Counted from the stretch's first letter, positions 1-15,559 are shown. The stretch is 64,000 nt of DNA from the human T2T-CHM13v2.0 reference genome, Homo sapiens (GCF_009914755.1 NC_060932.1); one strand, 5' to 3'. Notes: generated by a model from the sequence alone, not told the origin. Made by a program: numbers and translations.

Positions 1-119
1 TGGCCTCAATCTCTTATATAGGGGTGTTAATGTTCATGCTTGTGAACCTCTGCCTCATAGTCTGTGTAATTTTCATTTCTTCCCCACACTCAAATGTGGA
101 TATGCCATTTAGCAGTCTT

Positions 120-420
120 TTTGTTGTTGTTTTTTGAGACAGAGTTTTGCTCTTTCACCCAGGTTGCAGTGAAGTGGAGCAATCTCGGCTCACTGCAACC
201 TCTGCCTCCCAGGTTCAAGCAACTCTCCTGCCTTAGCCTCCTGAATAGTAGCTGGGATTACAGGCATGTGCCACCATGCCTGGTTAATTTTTGTATTTTT
301 GGTAGAGATGGGGTTTCGCCATGTTGGTCAGTCTGGTCTTGAACTCCTGACCTCAGGTGGTCCACCTGCCTCAGCCTCCCAAAGTGCTAGGATTATGGGC
401 GTGAGCCACCACACCTGGCC
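120..420 (-). mobile_element. Alu (AluS-like)
   Basis: Full antisense Alu with a poly-T head and a TCATTTAGCAGTCTT-like direct repeat on both sides. Confidence 0.93.
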
Positions 421-896
421 TCATTTAGCAGTCTTAATTACAAGCAACAGACACTGAGTTGGGCAGATAAAGCAGAAAGGAATTTGTGACAAGGCTACTG
501 GGAAGATTCGCTGGGAAGGCAGGAGGACTCACCTTGAGGCTCAGCTTCCGGAAACAATGTCCAAACCACACTGCAAGCCTGGCCTGTGAGGACACGCCTG
601 CCAGGGCCACTGGGCACCAGACTCCACAGTTAGCACCACTGTCTCTTTTGGGCCCCAGACTCACAAGGTAGCCACTGCTGGTGCCTTATCAACATGTTTG
701 CTGTCTCCACCCCAGACAAAGCAAGTTTCCCTTCCGGGGTCAGAACCGCCTGAGCCCCAGTCCAATAAAAGAGCATCTGATTGGTAGAGCCCACATCACA
801 GGTCTGTGTTATGTGACCCCGGGAAAGGGAAGTGGACTCACAACATGAATGGGAAACTTCCAGCACACAGGAAGCACCTTCAAAAGATGCTGCGTG

Positions 897-2849
<1,953 letters not shown>

Positions 2850-2850
<1 letters not shown>

Positions 2851-4590
2851 TATTCACAATATCGCAGGGTGTGCACACTTTTCTTTAATATTGTTTGCAA
2901 TATCCAGATTGCAAGAGGATAATATTACTTCCTATATCACAGGGAGTGCACACTCCGCTGTGTTATTGTTCGCAATATCGAGGAGGCAAGAGGATGATAT
3001 TACTCCTAATATCACAGGGGTTGTACACCCCGCTGTGATATTGATTGCAATATCCAGGGAGCGAGAGGATGATATTACTCCCAATATTGCAAAGTGTGTA
3101 CACCAACCTGTGATATTTGCAATATCCAGGGGGCGAGAGGATGACATTACTCCCAATACTGCAGGGGATGCACCACCCCCCCGTGATATTGTGCACAATA
3201 TCCAGGGGGCGAGAGGATGACATTACTTCCTATACCACAGTGGTGCACACTCCCCTGTCATATTGTTTGCAATATCCAGGGGGCGAGAGGATAATATTAC
3301 TTCCAATATCTCAGGGAGTGCACAAACACCTGTGGTATTTTTCGTAATATTCAGGAGGCAAGAGGATGATATTACTCCCAATATTGCAGGGGGTGCACAC
3401 TACCTGTGATATTGTTCGTAACATCCAGGAGCAAGAGGATGATGTTACTTTTAACATTGCAGGGAGTACACACCCCCCTGTAATAATGTTCGCAATATTC
3501 AGGGGGCGAGAGGATATTACTTTCAATATCGTAGGTGGTGCACACCCTCCTGTGATATTGTTCGCCATATCCAGTGGGCGAGAGGATGATATTACTCTCG
3601 ATATCGCAGGGGCTGCACACACTCATGTGATATTATTTGCAATATCCAGGGGTCGATAAAATGATATTGCTCCCAATATCGCAGGGGGTGCACACCTTTC
3701 TGCAATATTGTTCGCAATTTCCAGGGGTTGAGAGGATATTACACCCAATATTGCAAAGGGTGCACACTCCCCTGCGATATAGGTCGCAGTATCCAGGGGG
3801 CGAGAGAATGTTATTATTCTCAATATCGCAGGGGGTGCACACACCCTTGTGATATTGTTCGTAATACCCAGGGGATGAGAAGAAAACATTACCCAAAATT
3901 TCGTGGGAGGGCGTAAACGCCCCTTTGATATTGTTTGTAATATACAGAGGGGGGAGAATGATATTACTCCCAATATCACAGGGGGGTACAGCCCCCTGTG
4001 GTGTTGTTCCTAATAACCAAGGCAGGGAGGAGGTGATATCACTCCCAATATCATAAACACCCTACGTGTACACCACCTTGTGCTATTGTTCATAATATCC
4101 AGAAGGAGAGAGGTAATATTTCCAATATCGCACGGGGTGTATACTCCTGGTAATATTGTTCACAATATCCGGGGGGGGGGGGAGATGTTGATACTACTCT
4201 TAATATCGAAGAAGGCGTACATACCCTTGTGTTATTGTTCGTAATATCCAGGGGGCGAGAGGATGATATTACTTCCAATACTGTAGGGGCTATACACCCC
4301 TCTGTGATATTGTTTGTAATATACAGGTTGTGGGAGGAAGATATTACTCCCAATATCGAGGAATGTACACCCTCATGTGATATTTTTCACTATATCCAAG
4401 AAGCGAGAGGATGATATTAATCCCGACATCGCAGGGAATGTACATCCGACTGTGATATTGTTCGCAATATCTGGTAGGAGAGAGGATGAAATTACTCCCA
4501 ATATCGCAGAGAATGTACACACCCTTAGCTATTGCTCGTAGTATCCAGGGGAAGAGAGGACTATATCAATCCCAATATGACAGGCGGGTG
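2850..4590 (+). repeat. Satellite domain B (about 72-bp purine-spacer unit, forward)
   Basis: Unit TGTGATATTGTTCGCAATATCCAGGGGGCGAGAGGATGATATTACTCCCAATATCGCAGGGGGTGCACACCC. Confidence 0.85.
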
Positions 4591-7500
4591 TACACCCCCC
4601 GCGATATGGGGAGTAATATCACTCTCCTCTCCCCTCCTGGATATTAGGAACCAAATCACGGGGGGGGGTGAACACCCCCCGCGACATGGGGAGTAGTACC
4701 ACCCTCCTCTCCCTCTCTGTAAATTATGAACCGTATCACAGGGGAGTGAACATCCCCCGCAACATGGGGAGTTATATCACCCTCCTCCCCCTGCCCCCGT
4801 ATACTAGGAACCATATCACAGGGGGTTGTACACACCCCGCGATATGGGGAGTAATATCACCTTCCTCTCTCCCCTTGGATATTATGAACCATATCCTGGG
4901 GGAGTGAACACCCTCTGCGATATGGGGAGTAATATCACCCTCTTCTCCTCCCTGGACATTACGAATCACATCACAGGGGGGTGAATACACTATGTGTTTA
5001 CTTTATTAAGTGTAATGTCATCTTCTGCCTCGATATTACAAACAATAGCACAGGGGGGTGTACACTTTCTGTGATATTGGGAGTAATATCATTCTCTCTT
5101 CCCCTGGATATTAAAAACAATATCACAGAGGTGTGTACATACAATGCGATATTAGGAGTAATATCATTTCCCCCCCGAAATATTAGAAAAAATATCATAT
5201 GGGTGTATCCTTCACTTGCAATAATGGGAGTAATAGCATCTTCTCCTTCCCTGGATATTAGAAAAAATATCATAGGGGAGGTGATTAAGAACAATATCAC
5301 AATGCCCTGTGATATTCGGAGTAATATCCTCTCTTTCACTGAATATTAGGAATAATATCAAAGGGGGAATGTACACTCCCTGTGTTATTGGGGGTAATAT
5401 CATACTCTCCCTCCCTGGATATTAGGAACAATATCACAGGGTGGGTGTACAACCCCTGCGATATTGGGAGTAATGTCATCCTCTTCCTATATGGATGTTA
5501 GGAACAATATTACAGGGGTGGTGTACACCTCCCACGATATTGGCAGTAATATCATCCTCTCCCCCCGAATATTAGAAACAATATCACAGGGTGGGGCTGT
5601 ACATTCCCTGCGATAATGAAAGCAGTATTATCCTCTGTTCCTCTGAAAATTAGGAATAATATCACAGGGGTAATATACACCCCCTGCGATATTGGGAGTA
5701 ATATAATACTCTTTCTTTCTGGATATTAGGAACAATATCATAGGGAGAGTGAAAACCCCTGCAATATTGGGAGTAATAATATCATCTCCTCCCTTCCTGG
5801 ACATTAGGAACAATATCACAGGGAGGGTGTATACCTTCTATGATACTGGAGGTAATATCATCCTCTTCCTCTCTGGATGTTAGAAATAATATCACAGGGT
5901 ATGTGTACATTTCATGCTATAAAGGGAATCATCATTTTCTTTTTCCCCTGATATTATGAACAATATCGCAGCAGGGGTGTACACACCCTGCGATATTGGG
6001 AGTAGTATAATTCTCTCCTTCCCTGGATATTTGGAACTATATTACAGAGGGGCTGTACACCCTCTGCAATATTGGGAGTAATATCATTCTCTCCCACCTT
6101 GGATATTAGGGGCAATATCCAAGGAGGCTGTACACCCTCTGCGATATTGTGAGTAATAGCATTCTCCTCCTTCCTCAATATTAAAAACAATATCACAAGG
6201 GGGATGTACACCTTGCAATATTGGGAATAATCTCCTCTATCTCCGTTGACATTAGGAACAATATCAAAGGGGAAATGTACACCCCCTGCGATATTGGGAG
6301 TGATATCATACTCTCCATCCCCCCGGATATTAGGAACAATATCACAGGGTGGTGTTCATCCCCTGCGATATTGGGAGTAATATTATCCTCTTTTTTCATG
6401 GATATTATGAACAATATCATAGGGGGGAGTACACTCCCTGCAATAATAGGAGTAATATCATCTTCTCCCCCTTGGATATTAAGAACAATATCACAGAATG
6501 GATGTATAGTTCCTGCGATATTGGGAGTAATATCAAAATCTCCCCTCCTAAATATTAGAAACTATCACAAGGGGTGTGTACACTCCTTTCGATATTGGGA
6601 GTAACATCATCCTTTTCTTATTGGATATTAGGAAGAGTATGACAGGGTTGGTGTACACTTACTGCGATATTGGGAATAATATCATCATCTCTCTCTTTGG
6701 ATATTAGGAACAATATTCCAGGGGCGGTGTACACCCCCATGCAATATTAGGAGTAATAATAATCTCTCCCCCCTTGATATTGTAAACAATATCACGGGGG
6801 GGTTTATACCTCCTGCCATATTGGGAGTAATATAATCCTCTCTCCTCCTGGATATTAGAAACAATATCACAGTGGGAGTGTATACCCTCTGCCATATTGG
6901 GAGTAATATTGTCATCTCCTTCCCTGGATATTGGGAACAATATCACAAGGCGGGTGTACACCCCCTGCAATATGGATAGTAATATCATCCTCTCCCCTCA
7001 TCTGGATGTTAGGAACAACATCACAGAGGGAGTGTATACCCCTGCGATATTGGGAGTAATATCATTTTATTCCCCCTTTAATATTAGGAACAATATCAAG
7101 GGGGGAAGTGTACACCCCCAGCAATATTTGGAGTCATGTCGTGCTATCCTTTTCTGGATATTAGCAGCAATATCACAGGGGGAGTGTACAACACCTGTGG
7201 TATTTATGGTAACATTATTTTCTCCCCCACTGGATATTAGGAACAATATCACAAGGCATGTGAATACTTCCTGCGATATTGGGAGTAATATCATCCTCTC
7301 CCTTCTTAAATATTAGAAACAATATTACAATGGTGGTGTACACCCCCTGCAATATTGGGAGTAACATCATCCTCCCCCACCCCTGAATATTAGAAAAAGT
7401 ATCACAGGGGTGGTGTACACTAACTGCAATATAAGGTGTAATATCGTCACCTTTCCCAGTGAATATTAGGAACAATATTACAGGGGAGTGTACAGCCCAC

Positions 7501-8347
7501 TGCGATATTGAGAGTAATATCATCATCTCCCTCCCTTGATATTCGGTACAATATCACAGGCCGGGTGTACACCTTCTGTGATATTGGGAGTAATATCCTT
7601 CTCCCTTCCTGCATATTAGAAACAATATCACGGGGGTTGTATACCCCCTGCGATATTTGGAGTAATATCATCGTCCCCCCCTCGTGATATTAGGAACAAT
7701 ATCACAGGGTGGTGTACAAACCCTGCAATATTGAGTGTAATATCATCCTCTCCCCGGCTGGATATTAGGAAAAAACATCACAGTGGGGGTGTACACTCCC
7801 TGCGATATTGGGAGAAATTTTGTATTTTCCCACTTGGATATTAGAAAAATATCACAGGAGGGGTGTCAACACCATGCCATATTGGGAGTAATATTATTCT
7901 CTTTCCCCTTGGATATTATAAACAACATCACAGGGGGGCATACACTTCTTGCAATATTGGGAGTAATATCATCCTCTTTCTTCCTGGATATTAGGAACAA
8001 TATCACAGGGGGAATGTACACCACCTGCAATATTGGGAGTAATATCATACTCCCCCCACCAGGATATTAGGAACAATATCCTGGGGGGGTGTACACCCAC
8101 TGCGATATTTGGAGTAATATCATTTCCTCCCTCCCTGCATATTAAAAACAATATCACAGGGGATGTGTACAACTTTTGCGATATTGTTGTTAACATCATC
8201 CTTTTTCTCCCTGGATATTAGAACAATATCACGGGGAGGGGAGTACACCCCCTGCGATAATGAAAGTAAGATCATCTTTTCCTTCCAGATATTAAGAACA
8301 ATATCATGAGGGGGATGCACAGTTCCTGCGATATAGGCTGTTAATAT

Positions 8348-9752
8348 TGAGAGGTGACAGCGTGCTGGCAGTCCTCACAGCTCTCGCTCGCTCTCGGCGC
8401 CTCCTATGCCTGGGTTCCCACTTTGGCAGCACTTGAGGAGCCCTTCAGCCCACCGCTGCACTGTGGGAGCCCCTTTCTGGGCTGGCCAAGGCTGGAGCCG
8501 GCTCCCTCAGCTTGCAGGGAGGTGTGGAGGGAGAGGCACGAGCAGGAACCGGGGCTGCGTGCAGTGCTTGCGGGCCAGCTGGAGTTCCCGGTGGGCATGG
8601 GCTTGGTGGGCCCCACACTCGGAGCAGCCGGCCGGCCCTGCCGGTACTGGGCAATGAGGGGCTTAGCACCCAGGCCAGCGGCTGCGGAGGGTGTACTGGG
8701 TCCCCCAGCAGTGCCAGCCCACCGGCGCTGTGCTTGATTTCTCACCGGGCCTTAGCTGCCTTCCTGCCTGGCAGGGCTCGGGACCTGCAGCCCGCCATGC
8801 CTGAGCCTCCCACGCCCTTCATGGGCTCCGCTGCAGCCCAAGCCTCCCTGATGAGCGCCGTCCCCTGCTCCATGGCTCCCAAGTCCCATTGACCACCCAA
8901 GGGCTGAGGAGTGCGGGCGCACGGCGTGGGACTGGCAGGCAGCTCCACCTGCAGCCCCTGTGCAGGATCCACTGGGTGAAGCCAGCTGGGCTCCTGAGTC
9001 TGGTGGGGATGTGGAGAACCTTTATGTCTAGCTCAGGGATTGTAAATACACCAATCAGCACCCTGTGTCTAGCTCAGGGTTTGTGAATGCACCAATCGAC
9101 ACTCTGTATCTAGCTACTCTGGTGGGGCCTTGGAGAACCTTTATGTCTAGCTCAGGGATTGTAGACACACCAATCAGCACCCTGTGTCTAGTTCAGGGTT
9201 TGTGAATGCACCAAGTGACACTCTGTATCTAGCTACTCTGGTGGGGCCTTGGAGAGCCTTTGTGTTGACACTCTGTATCTAGCTAATCTGGTGGGGACGT
9301 GGAGAACCTTTGTGTCTAGTTCAGGGATTGTAAACGCACCAATCAGTGCCCCATCAAAACAGACCACTCGCCTCTACCAATCAGCAGGATGTGGGTGGGA
9401 CCAGATAAGAGAATAAAAGCAGGCTGCCCGAGCCAGCAGCGGCAACCTGCTCGGATCCCCTTCCACACTGGAAGCTTTGTTCTTTTGCTCTTTGCAATAA
9501 ATCTTGCTACTGCTCACTCTTTGGGTCCACACTGCCTTTAAGAGCCATAACACTCACCGCGAAGGTCTGCAGCTTCACTCCCAAGCCAGCGAGACCACGA
9601 ACCCACCAGAAGGAAGAAACTCCGAACACATCTGAACATCAGAAGGAAAAACTCCAGACACCCTACCTTTAAGAACTGTAACAATCACTGCGAGGGTCCG
9701 TGGCTTCATTCTTGAAGTCAGTGAGACCAAGAATCCACCAATTCTGGACACA
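8348..9752 (+). mobile_element. 5' LTR (LTR12C-like), 1405 bp
   Basis: Starts TGAGAGGTGACAGCGTGCTGGCAGTCCTCACAG, has CCAAT-containing tandem U3 repeats, ends GGACACA. Confidence 0.93.
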
Positions 9753-9755
9753 TTT

Positions 9756-9773
9756 TGGTGACCCAGATGGGAC
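9756..9773 (+). other. Primer-binding site, tRNA-Arg
   Basis: TGGTGACCCAGATGGGAC is complementary to the recalled 3' end of tRNA-Arg(CCG) apart from one CpG-type change. An Arg PBS is typical of ERV9. Confidence 0.8.
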
Positions 9774-10987
9774 CTTCACCAATCGCCAAGCGGTGAGACC
9801 ATTGCCTATCGCTGAGCAGTGAGACAATCACCTATCGCCAAGCAGTGAGTACCACCAGACCCCTTTCGCTTGCTCTTCTGTCCTATCTTTCCTTAGAATT
9901 CGGGGGCTAAATACCGGGCATCTGTCGGCCAGTTAAAAGTGACTAGCATGGCCACTGACTAAAGACATGGGTGTCAGGCTTTCTGGGAAAGGGCTCTCTA
10001 ACAACCCCCGACTCTTCAGAGTTGGGACTGTTGGTTTGCCTAGAACCAGCTTCTGCTTTTCCTGTACTTCTGGGCTGAGCCGAGGGTCGACAGAGAGGAA
10101 AGCCATGCAGCTCCAGGGTCCCGACAACAAGTTGGTTGACCCTGCGGCCATGAGTGGAACTCTCAAAGGCATGTTGCCCAAGCGAGACTTGCCCATCTAT
10201 CCTATCTATCCTGACCTTTGCCCCCTGGGTCCTAATGCCTGTGAGACAAACTTCCTCTCGCCTCTCTTCTCTGAGGTTAGTCCCGCTTCTAAAAATTGCT
10301 ACCTGTCTCTCGTGCTTTTCTAGTTTCTCCTATAAGAATGATTTCTAGTATAAACTCCAGGACTCTGTTACCTTCTTTAGGCACCTGGGCTCACCAATCA
10401 GAAAGACATAATTTTTGCCCAAAGCCCCATTGTAGTGGGGACTACCTGGAATTTTAGGATCCCTCCTCAGACTAACAGGTCTAACAAAAGCTATTCCTGA
10501 AGTTAGGATATGGGGAGCCTCAGAAATTGTATCCTCCCTATTCATATAAATGAGGACAAAAGGTGTCACTCTTCCAACCCTGAAGATCCCTTCCCTCCCT
10601 CAGGGTATGGCCCTCCACTTCATTTTTGGGGCATAACATCTTTATAGGACAGGGGTAAAGTTCCAATACTAACAGGAGAATGCATAGGACTCTAACAGCT
10701 TTTCGAGAATGCGTCTGTAAGGGCCACTAAATCCAATTTTTCTTGGTCGGTCCTCCTTGTGGTCTAGGAGGACAGGCAAGGGTGCAGGTTTTTGAGAATG
10801 CGTCAGTAAGGACCACTAAATCTGACCTTCCTCAGTCCTCCATGTGGTCTGGGAGGAAAACTAGTGTTTCTGCTGCTGTGTCTGTGAGTGCAACTATTCT
10901 GATCAGCAGGGTCCAGGGACCGTTGTGGGTTCTTGGGCAGGGGGAGAAACAAAATATACCAAAACTGTGGGCAGTTTTGTCTTTCAG

Positions 10988-12448
10988 ATGGGAAACACTC
11001 AGGCATCAACAGGCTCCCCCTTGAAATGCATCCTAAGCCATTGGGACCAATTTGATGCACAAACCCTGAAAAAGAGGCCGCTCATTTTTTTCTGCACTAT
11101 GGCTTGGCCCCAATATTCTCTCTCTGATGGGGAAAAATGGCCACCTGAGGGAAGTACAAATTACAATACTATCCTGCAGCTTGATCTTTTCTGTAAGAGG
11201 GAAGGCAAATGGAATGAAATACCTTATGTCCAAGCTTTCTTTTCATTGAGGGAGAATACACAACTATGCAAAGCTTGCAATTTACATCCCATAGGAGGAC
11301 CTCTCAGCTTACCCACATATCCTAGTCTCCCTATAGCTCCCCTTCCTATTAATGATAAGCCTCCTCTAATCTCCCCTGCCCAGAAGGAAATAAGCAAAGA
11401 AATCTCCAAAGGTCCACAAAAACCCCTGGGCTATCGATTATGTCCCCTTCAAGCTATAGGGGCAGGGGAATTTGGCCCAACCCGGGTACATGTCCCCTTC
11501 TCCCTCTCTGATTTAAAGCAGATCAAGGCAGACCTGGGGAAGTTTTCAGATGATCCTGATAGGCACATAGATGTCCTACAGGGTCTAGGGCAAACCTTTG
11601 ACCTCGCTTGGAGAGATGTCATGCTACTGTTAGATCAAACCCTGGCCTTTTATGAAAAGAATGTGGCTTTAGCTGCAGCCCGAGAGTTTGGAGATACCTG
11701 GTATCTTAGTCAAGTAAATGATAGAATGACAGCCGAAGAAAGGGACAAATTCCCTACTGGTCAGCAAGCCATCCCCAGTATGGATCCCCACTGGGACCTT
11801 GATGCAGATCATGGGGATTGGAGTCATAAACATCTGTTGACCTGTGTTCTAGAAGGACTAAGGAGAATTAGAAAAAAGCCCATGAATTATTCAATGATGT
11901 CCACCAAAACTCAGGGAAAGGAAGAAAATCCTTCTGCCTTCCTCGAGCAGCTATGAGAGGCCTTAAGAAAATATACTCCCCTGTCACCTAAATTACTCGA
12001 GAGTCAATTGATTCTAAAAGAAAAGTTTATTACCCAATCAGCCGCAGATATCAGGAGAAAGCTCCAAAAGCAAGCCCTGGGCCCTGAACAAAATCTAGAG
12101 GCATTATTAAACCTGGCAACCTTGGTGTTCTATAATAGGGACCAAGAGGAACAGGCCCAAAAGGAAAAGCGAGATCAGAGAAAGGCTGCAGCCTTAGTCA
12201 TGGCCCGCAGACAAACAAACCTTGGTGGTTCAGAGAGGACAGAAAATGGAGCAGGCCAATCACCTGGTAGGGCTTGTTATCAGTGTGGTTTACTAGGACA
12301 CTTTAAAAAAGATTGTCCAATGAGAAACAAGCTGCCCCCTCGTCCGTGTCCACTATGCTGAGGCAATCACTGGAAGGTGCACTGCCCCAGAGGATGAAGG
12401 TTCCCTGGGTCAGAAGCCCCCAACCAGATGATCCAACAACAGGACTGA
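10988..12448 (+). pseudogene. ERV9 gag (in frame, three premature TGA stops)
   Basis: [14 protein letters not shown]..., MHR-like [14 protein letters not shown], zinc knuckle CYQCGLLGHFKKDC. Stops at 11954, 12359 and 12394; natural TGA at 12446. Confidence 0.92.
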
Positions 12449-14640
12449 TGGTGCCTGGGGCAAGCGCCAGCTCATGTCATCACCCTCACTGAGCCCCAGG
12501 TATGTTTAACTATTGAGGGCCAGGAAATTGACTTCCTCCTGGACAGTGGCACGGCCTTCTCAGTGTTAATCTCCTGTCCTGGACAACTGTCCTCAAGGTC
12601 TGTTACCATCCGAGGAATCCTGGGACAGCCTGTAACCAGGTATTTCTCCCACCTCTTCAGTTGTAATTGGGAGACTTTGCTCTGTTCACATGCCTTTCTT
12701 GTTATGCCTGAAAGTCCCACACGCTTATTAGGGAGGGATATATTAGCCAAGGCTGGAGCTATTATCTACGTGAATATGGGAAACAAATTACCCATTTGTT
12801 GTCCCCTACTTGAGGAGGGAATCAACCCTGAAGTCTGGGCATTGGAAGGACAAATTGGAAGGGCAAAAAATGCCCACCCAGTCCAAATCAGGTTAAAAGA
12901 TCCCACCACTTTTCCTTATCCCTTAAGGCCTGAAGCTCATAAAGGATTACAGAATACTGTTAAACATTTGAAAGCTCAAGGCTTAGTAAGGAAATGCAGC
13001 AGTCCCGGCAACACCCCAATTCTGGGAGTACAAAAACCCAATCGTCAGTGCAGACTAGTGCAAGATCTTAGACTCATCAATGAGGCAGTAATTCCACTAT
13101 ATCCAGTTGTACCCAACCCCTATACCCTGCTCTCTCAAATACCAGAGGAAGCAGAATGGTTCATGGTTCTGGACCTCAAGGATGCCTTCTTCTGTATTCC
13201 CCTGCACTCTGATTCCCAGTTCCTCTTTGCTTTTGAGGATCCCACAGACCACACGTCCCAACTTATGTGGATGGTCTTGCCCCAGGGGTTTAGGGATAGC
13301 CCTCATCTGTTTGGTCAGGCACTGGCCTGAGATCTAGGCCACTTCTCAAGTCTAGGCACTCTGGTCCTTCAATATGTGGATGATTTACTTTTGGCTACCA
13401 GTTCGGAAGCCTTGTGCCAGCAGGCTACTCTAGATCTCTTGAACTTTCTAGCTAATCAAGGGTACAAGGTGTCTAGGTCGAAGGCCCAGCTTTGCCTACA
13501 GCAGGTTAAATATCTAGGCCTAATCTTAGCCAAAGGGACCAGGGCCCTCAGCAAGGAACGAATACAGCCTATACTGGCTTATCCTTGCCCTAAGACATTA
13601 AAACAGTCGAGGGGGTTCCTTGGAATTACCGCCTTTTGGCGACTATGGATCCCCAGATACAGCGAGATAGCCAGGCCCCTCTATAGTCTAATCAAGGAAA
13701 CCCAGAGGGCAAATACTCATCTAGTAGAATGGGAACCAGAGGCAGAAACAGCCTTCAAAGCCTTAAAGCAGGCCTTAGTACAAGCTCCAGTTTTAAGCCT
13801 TCCCACAGGACAGAACTTCTCTTTATACGTCACAGAGAGAGCCAGGATAGCTCTTGGAGTCCTCACTCAGACTCGTGGGACAACCCCACAACCAGTGGCA
13901 TACCTAAGTAAGGAAATTGATGTAGTAGCAAAAGGCTGGCCTCACTGTTTAAGGGTAGTTGCAGCAGTGGCTGTCTTAGTGTCAGAGGCCAGCAAAATAA
14001 TACAAGGAAAGGATCTCACTGTCTGGACTACTCATGATGTAAATGGCATACTAGGTGCCAAAGGAAGTTTATGGCTATCAGACAACTGCCTACTTAGATA
14101 CCAGGCACTACTCCTTGAGGGACTGGTGCTTCAAATACGCATGTGCGTGGCCCTCAACCCTGCCACTTTTCTCCCAGAGGATGGGGAACCAATCGAGCAT
14201 GACTGCCAACAAATTATAGTCCAGACTTATGCCACCCGAGATGATCTCTTAGATGTCCCCTTAACTATTCCTGACCTTAACCTATATACCGATGGAAGTT
14301 CAGTTGTGGAGAATGGGATACAAAGGACAGGTTACACCATAGTTAGTGATGTAACCATACTTGAAAGTAAGCCTCTTGCCCCAGGGACCAGGGCCCAGTT
14401 AGCAGAACTAGTGGCGCTTACCTGAGCCTTAGAACTGGGAAAGGGAAAAAGAATAAATGTGTATACAGATAGCAAGTATGCTATCTAATCCTACATGCCC
14501 ATGCTGCAATATGGAAAGAGAGGGAGTTCCTAACCTCTGGGGAAACCCCCATTAAATACCACAAGGAAATTATAGAGTTATTGCACACAATGCGAAAACA
14601 CAAAGAGGTGGGAATCTCACACTGACAAAGCCATCAAAAG
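12449..14640 (+). pseudogene. ERV9 pro-pol (protease, RT, RNase H; no integrase)
   Basis: LLDSG protease motif, LDLKDAFF, LPQGF, YVDD, and RNase H LYTDGSS and AQLAELVAL. Stops at 13328 and 14423; frameshift near 14481. Confidence 0.92.
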
Positions 14641-14879
14641 GGGAAGGAGAGGGGAGAACAGTGGCATAAGCAGCTGGCAGAGGCAACAGAAATGAAAGAA
14701 AGAGACAGGAAGTCAAAGAAAGAGACAGAGAGGAAGAGACAAAGAAGAAGTCAGAGAAAAAGAGGGACAGACACAGTCAAAGAGAGAGTTAAAAAGAGAG
14801 GAAGAGACAAAGAAGAAGTCGAAGAGAGAAAGAGATGGAAGTAGTAAAGAAAAAACAGTGTACCCTATTCCTTTAAAAG

Positions 14880-15548
14880 CCAGGGTAAATTTCTATCTAC
14901 CCAGCCAAGGCATATTCTTCTTATGTGGATCTTCAACCCATATCTGCTTCTCAAACAGTTTGCAAGAAATAACGAAATCTATCCTTACTTTACAATCCCA
15001 AATAGACTCTTTGGCAGCAGTGACTCTCCAAAACTGCCGAGGCCTAGACCTCCTCACTGCTGGGAAAGGAGGACTCTGCACCTTCTTAGGGGAAGAGTGT
15101 TGTTTTTACACTAACCAGTCGGGGATAGTATGAGATGCTACCCAGCGTTTATAGGGAAAGGCTTCTGAAATCAGACAACGCCTTTCAAATTCTTATAACA
15201 ACCTCTGGAGTTGGGCAACATGGCTTCTCCCCTTTCTAGGTCCCGTGGCAGCCATCTTGCTGTTACTTGCCTTTGGGGCCTGTATTTTTAACCTTCTTGT
15301 CAAATTTGTTTCCTCTAGAATCGAGGCCTTCGAGCTACAGATGGTCTTACAAATGGAACCCCAAATGAGTTCAACTAACAACTTCTACCGAGGACCCATG
15401 GACCGACCCGCTGGCACTTCCCCTGGCCTAGAGAGTTCCCCTCTGAAGGACACTACAACTGCAGGGTCCCTTCTTCGCCCCTATCCAGCAGGAAGTAGCA
15501 AAAGCAGTCATCGGCCAAATTCCCAACAGCAGTTGGGGTGTCCTGTTT
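14880..15548 (+). pseudogene. ERV9 env remnant (short SU piece fused to TM)
   Basis: Immunosuppressive-domain-like [14 protein letters not shown]6CC motif (CTFLGEECC), membrane anchor and cytoplasmic tail; contains stops. Confidence 0.88.
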
Positions 15549-15559
15549 AGAGGGGGGAT

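Noticed and set aside
430-830. Possible ancient LTR remnant (similar impression at about 63580-63900)
   Set aside because: Too degraded to assign a family or boundaries by eye.
8354-9086. GC-rich ORFs in LTR12C (also 15566-16270)
   Set aside because: Stop-poor LTR U3 sequence that is open in most frames; non-coding.
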